IMG/VR virus record: IMGVR_UViG_3300030095_002559
Coordinates: 1-26,800 of that record
Reading direction: 5' to 3' (one strand)
DNA length: 26,800 nucleotides
From: a virus
Lineage: Duplodnaviria; Caudoviricetes
In this document: one piece after another, positions 26,451 through 26,800 of the stretch
How the letters are laid out: each line of letters opens with the position of its first letter
How positions within the stretch are numbered: position 1 is the first letter of the stretch
Program-made: the position numbers and the translations under genes
The notes under the pieces: generated by a model
What the model saw: the letters and a program-made list of their open reading frames with translations, nothing else
Database searches by the model: none
Told to the model about the DNA's origin: nothing

Positions 26451-26640
26451 TAATAACCTCCTCATAGGTTATTCTGTTAACTCTTGGATCCATCATTTCT
26501 CCAAGATACTCCCATTTTATATCAGATTTTCCCAATCTGTCAATAATAGCATTCTCTATGCCTTCTGCGGAGTCTTCTGATTCTACTGTGAAATCTGCGT
26601 GATATTGATAAGCGTTAATTTGAACTCTAAATTTTTTCAT
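26368..26640 (-). CDS. Small hypothetical protein (90 aa)
   Basis: MKKFRVQINAYQYHADF...; GGTGAG SD-like sequence; follows the capsid terminator. Confidence 0.7.
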   Translation of the reverse strand: MKKFRVQINAYQYHADFTVESEDSAEGIENAIIDRLGKSDIKWEYLGEMMDPRVNRITYEEVINGGDNATSGDPLHTKEGTRSSMGAGAS

Positions 26641-26660
26641 AATCTCACCGTTTGTATTGA

Positions 26661-26689
26661 TAAATGGGGCCGTTTTAAGGCGGCCCCAT
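26661..26689 (-). terminator. Hairpin/terminator after the major capsid gene
   Basis: ATGGGGCCG/CGGCCCCAT 9-bp stem (26664-26689) with only a short TTT tail, so probably leaky. Confidence 0.7.
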
Positions 26690-26701
26690 AAATTAGATTA
26701 A

Positions 26702-26800
26702 TTACGCACCTTCTACACCGAAGATACCTCTAGGGTCTGATACTCCAAATGAGTATCTTTCTCTAGCTTTGTATCTTACGTTGCCAGTGTCGAAATCACC
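26702..26800 (-). CDS. Major capsid protein, C-terminal end (partial, not in track)
   Basis: GDFDTGNVRYKARERYSFGVSDPRGIFGVEGA*, a typical HK97-fold capsid C-terminus, followed by a strong hairpin. Confidence 0.88.
   Translation of the reverse strand, partial: GDFDTGNVRYKARERYSFGVSDPRGIFGVEGA

Noticed and set aside
1-26800. tRNA, CRISPR array, integrase/att site or alternative genetic code
   Set aside because: Intergenic gaps are short and show no cloverleaf or repeat-spacer pattern; genes tile fully under the standard code with TAA, TAG and TGA all used as stops.

Overview
AT-rich window from a tailed dsDNA phage with a podovirus-like gene set. By gene content and order it resembles marine uvMED/SAR11 (pelagiphage)-type podoviruses; this is inference, not a database result. 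The left end (1-4198) is a replication module: a truncated AEP primase, a probable SSB, two conserved hypotheticals and a divergently transcribed SNF2-type helicase. The rest is a minus-strand morphogenesis region. From the right end it encodes the major capsid C-terminus, head-tail adaptors, small basic proteins, a WG-repeat virion protein, a Gly-rich tail fibre and partner, four 2OG-Fe(II) oxygenases, a tail nozzle/stabilisation protein, four putative ejection proteins, a holin-like peptide and an M15 endolysin. Most notable: (1) a ~78-nt 5' leader (26062-26140) that can fold as a three-helix pseudoknot covering the RBS, with an alternative fold; (2) a recurring [FYLA]xxGG / ADGGRIG peptide motif in the ejection proteins, one copy preceding a cecropin-like segment; (3) a perfect 22-bp direct repeat bracketing the tail-fibre gene; (4) a promoter-bounded four-oxygenase cassette beside that fibre; (5) a possible Fe-S PriL-like domain in the primase.
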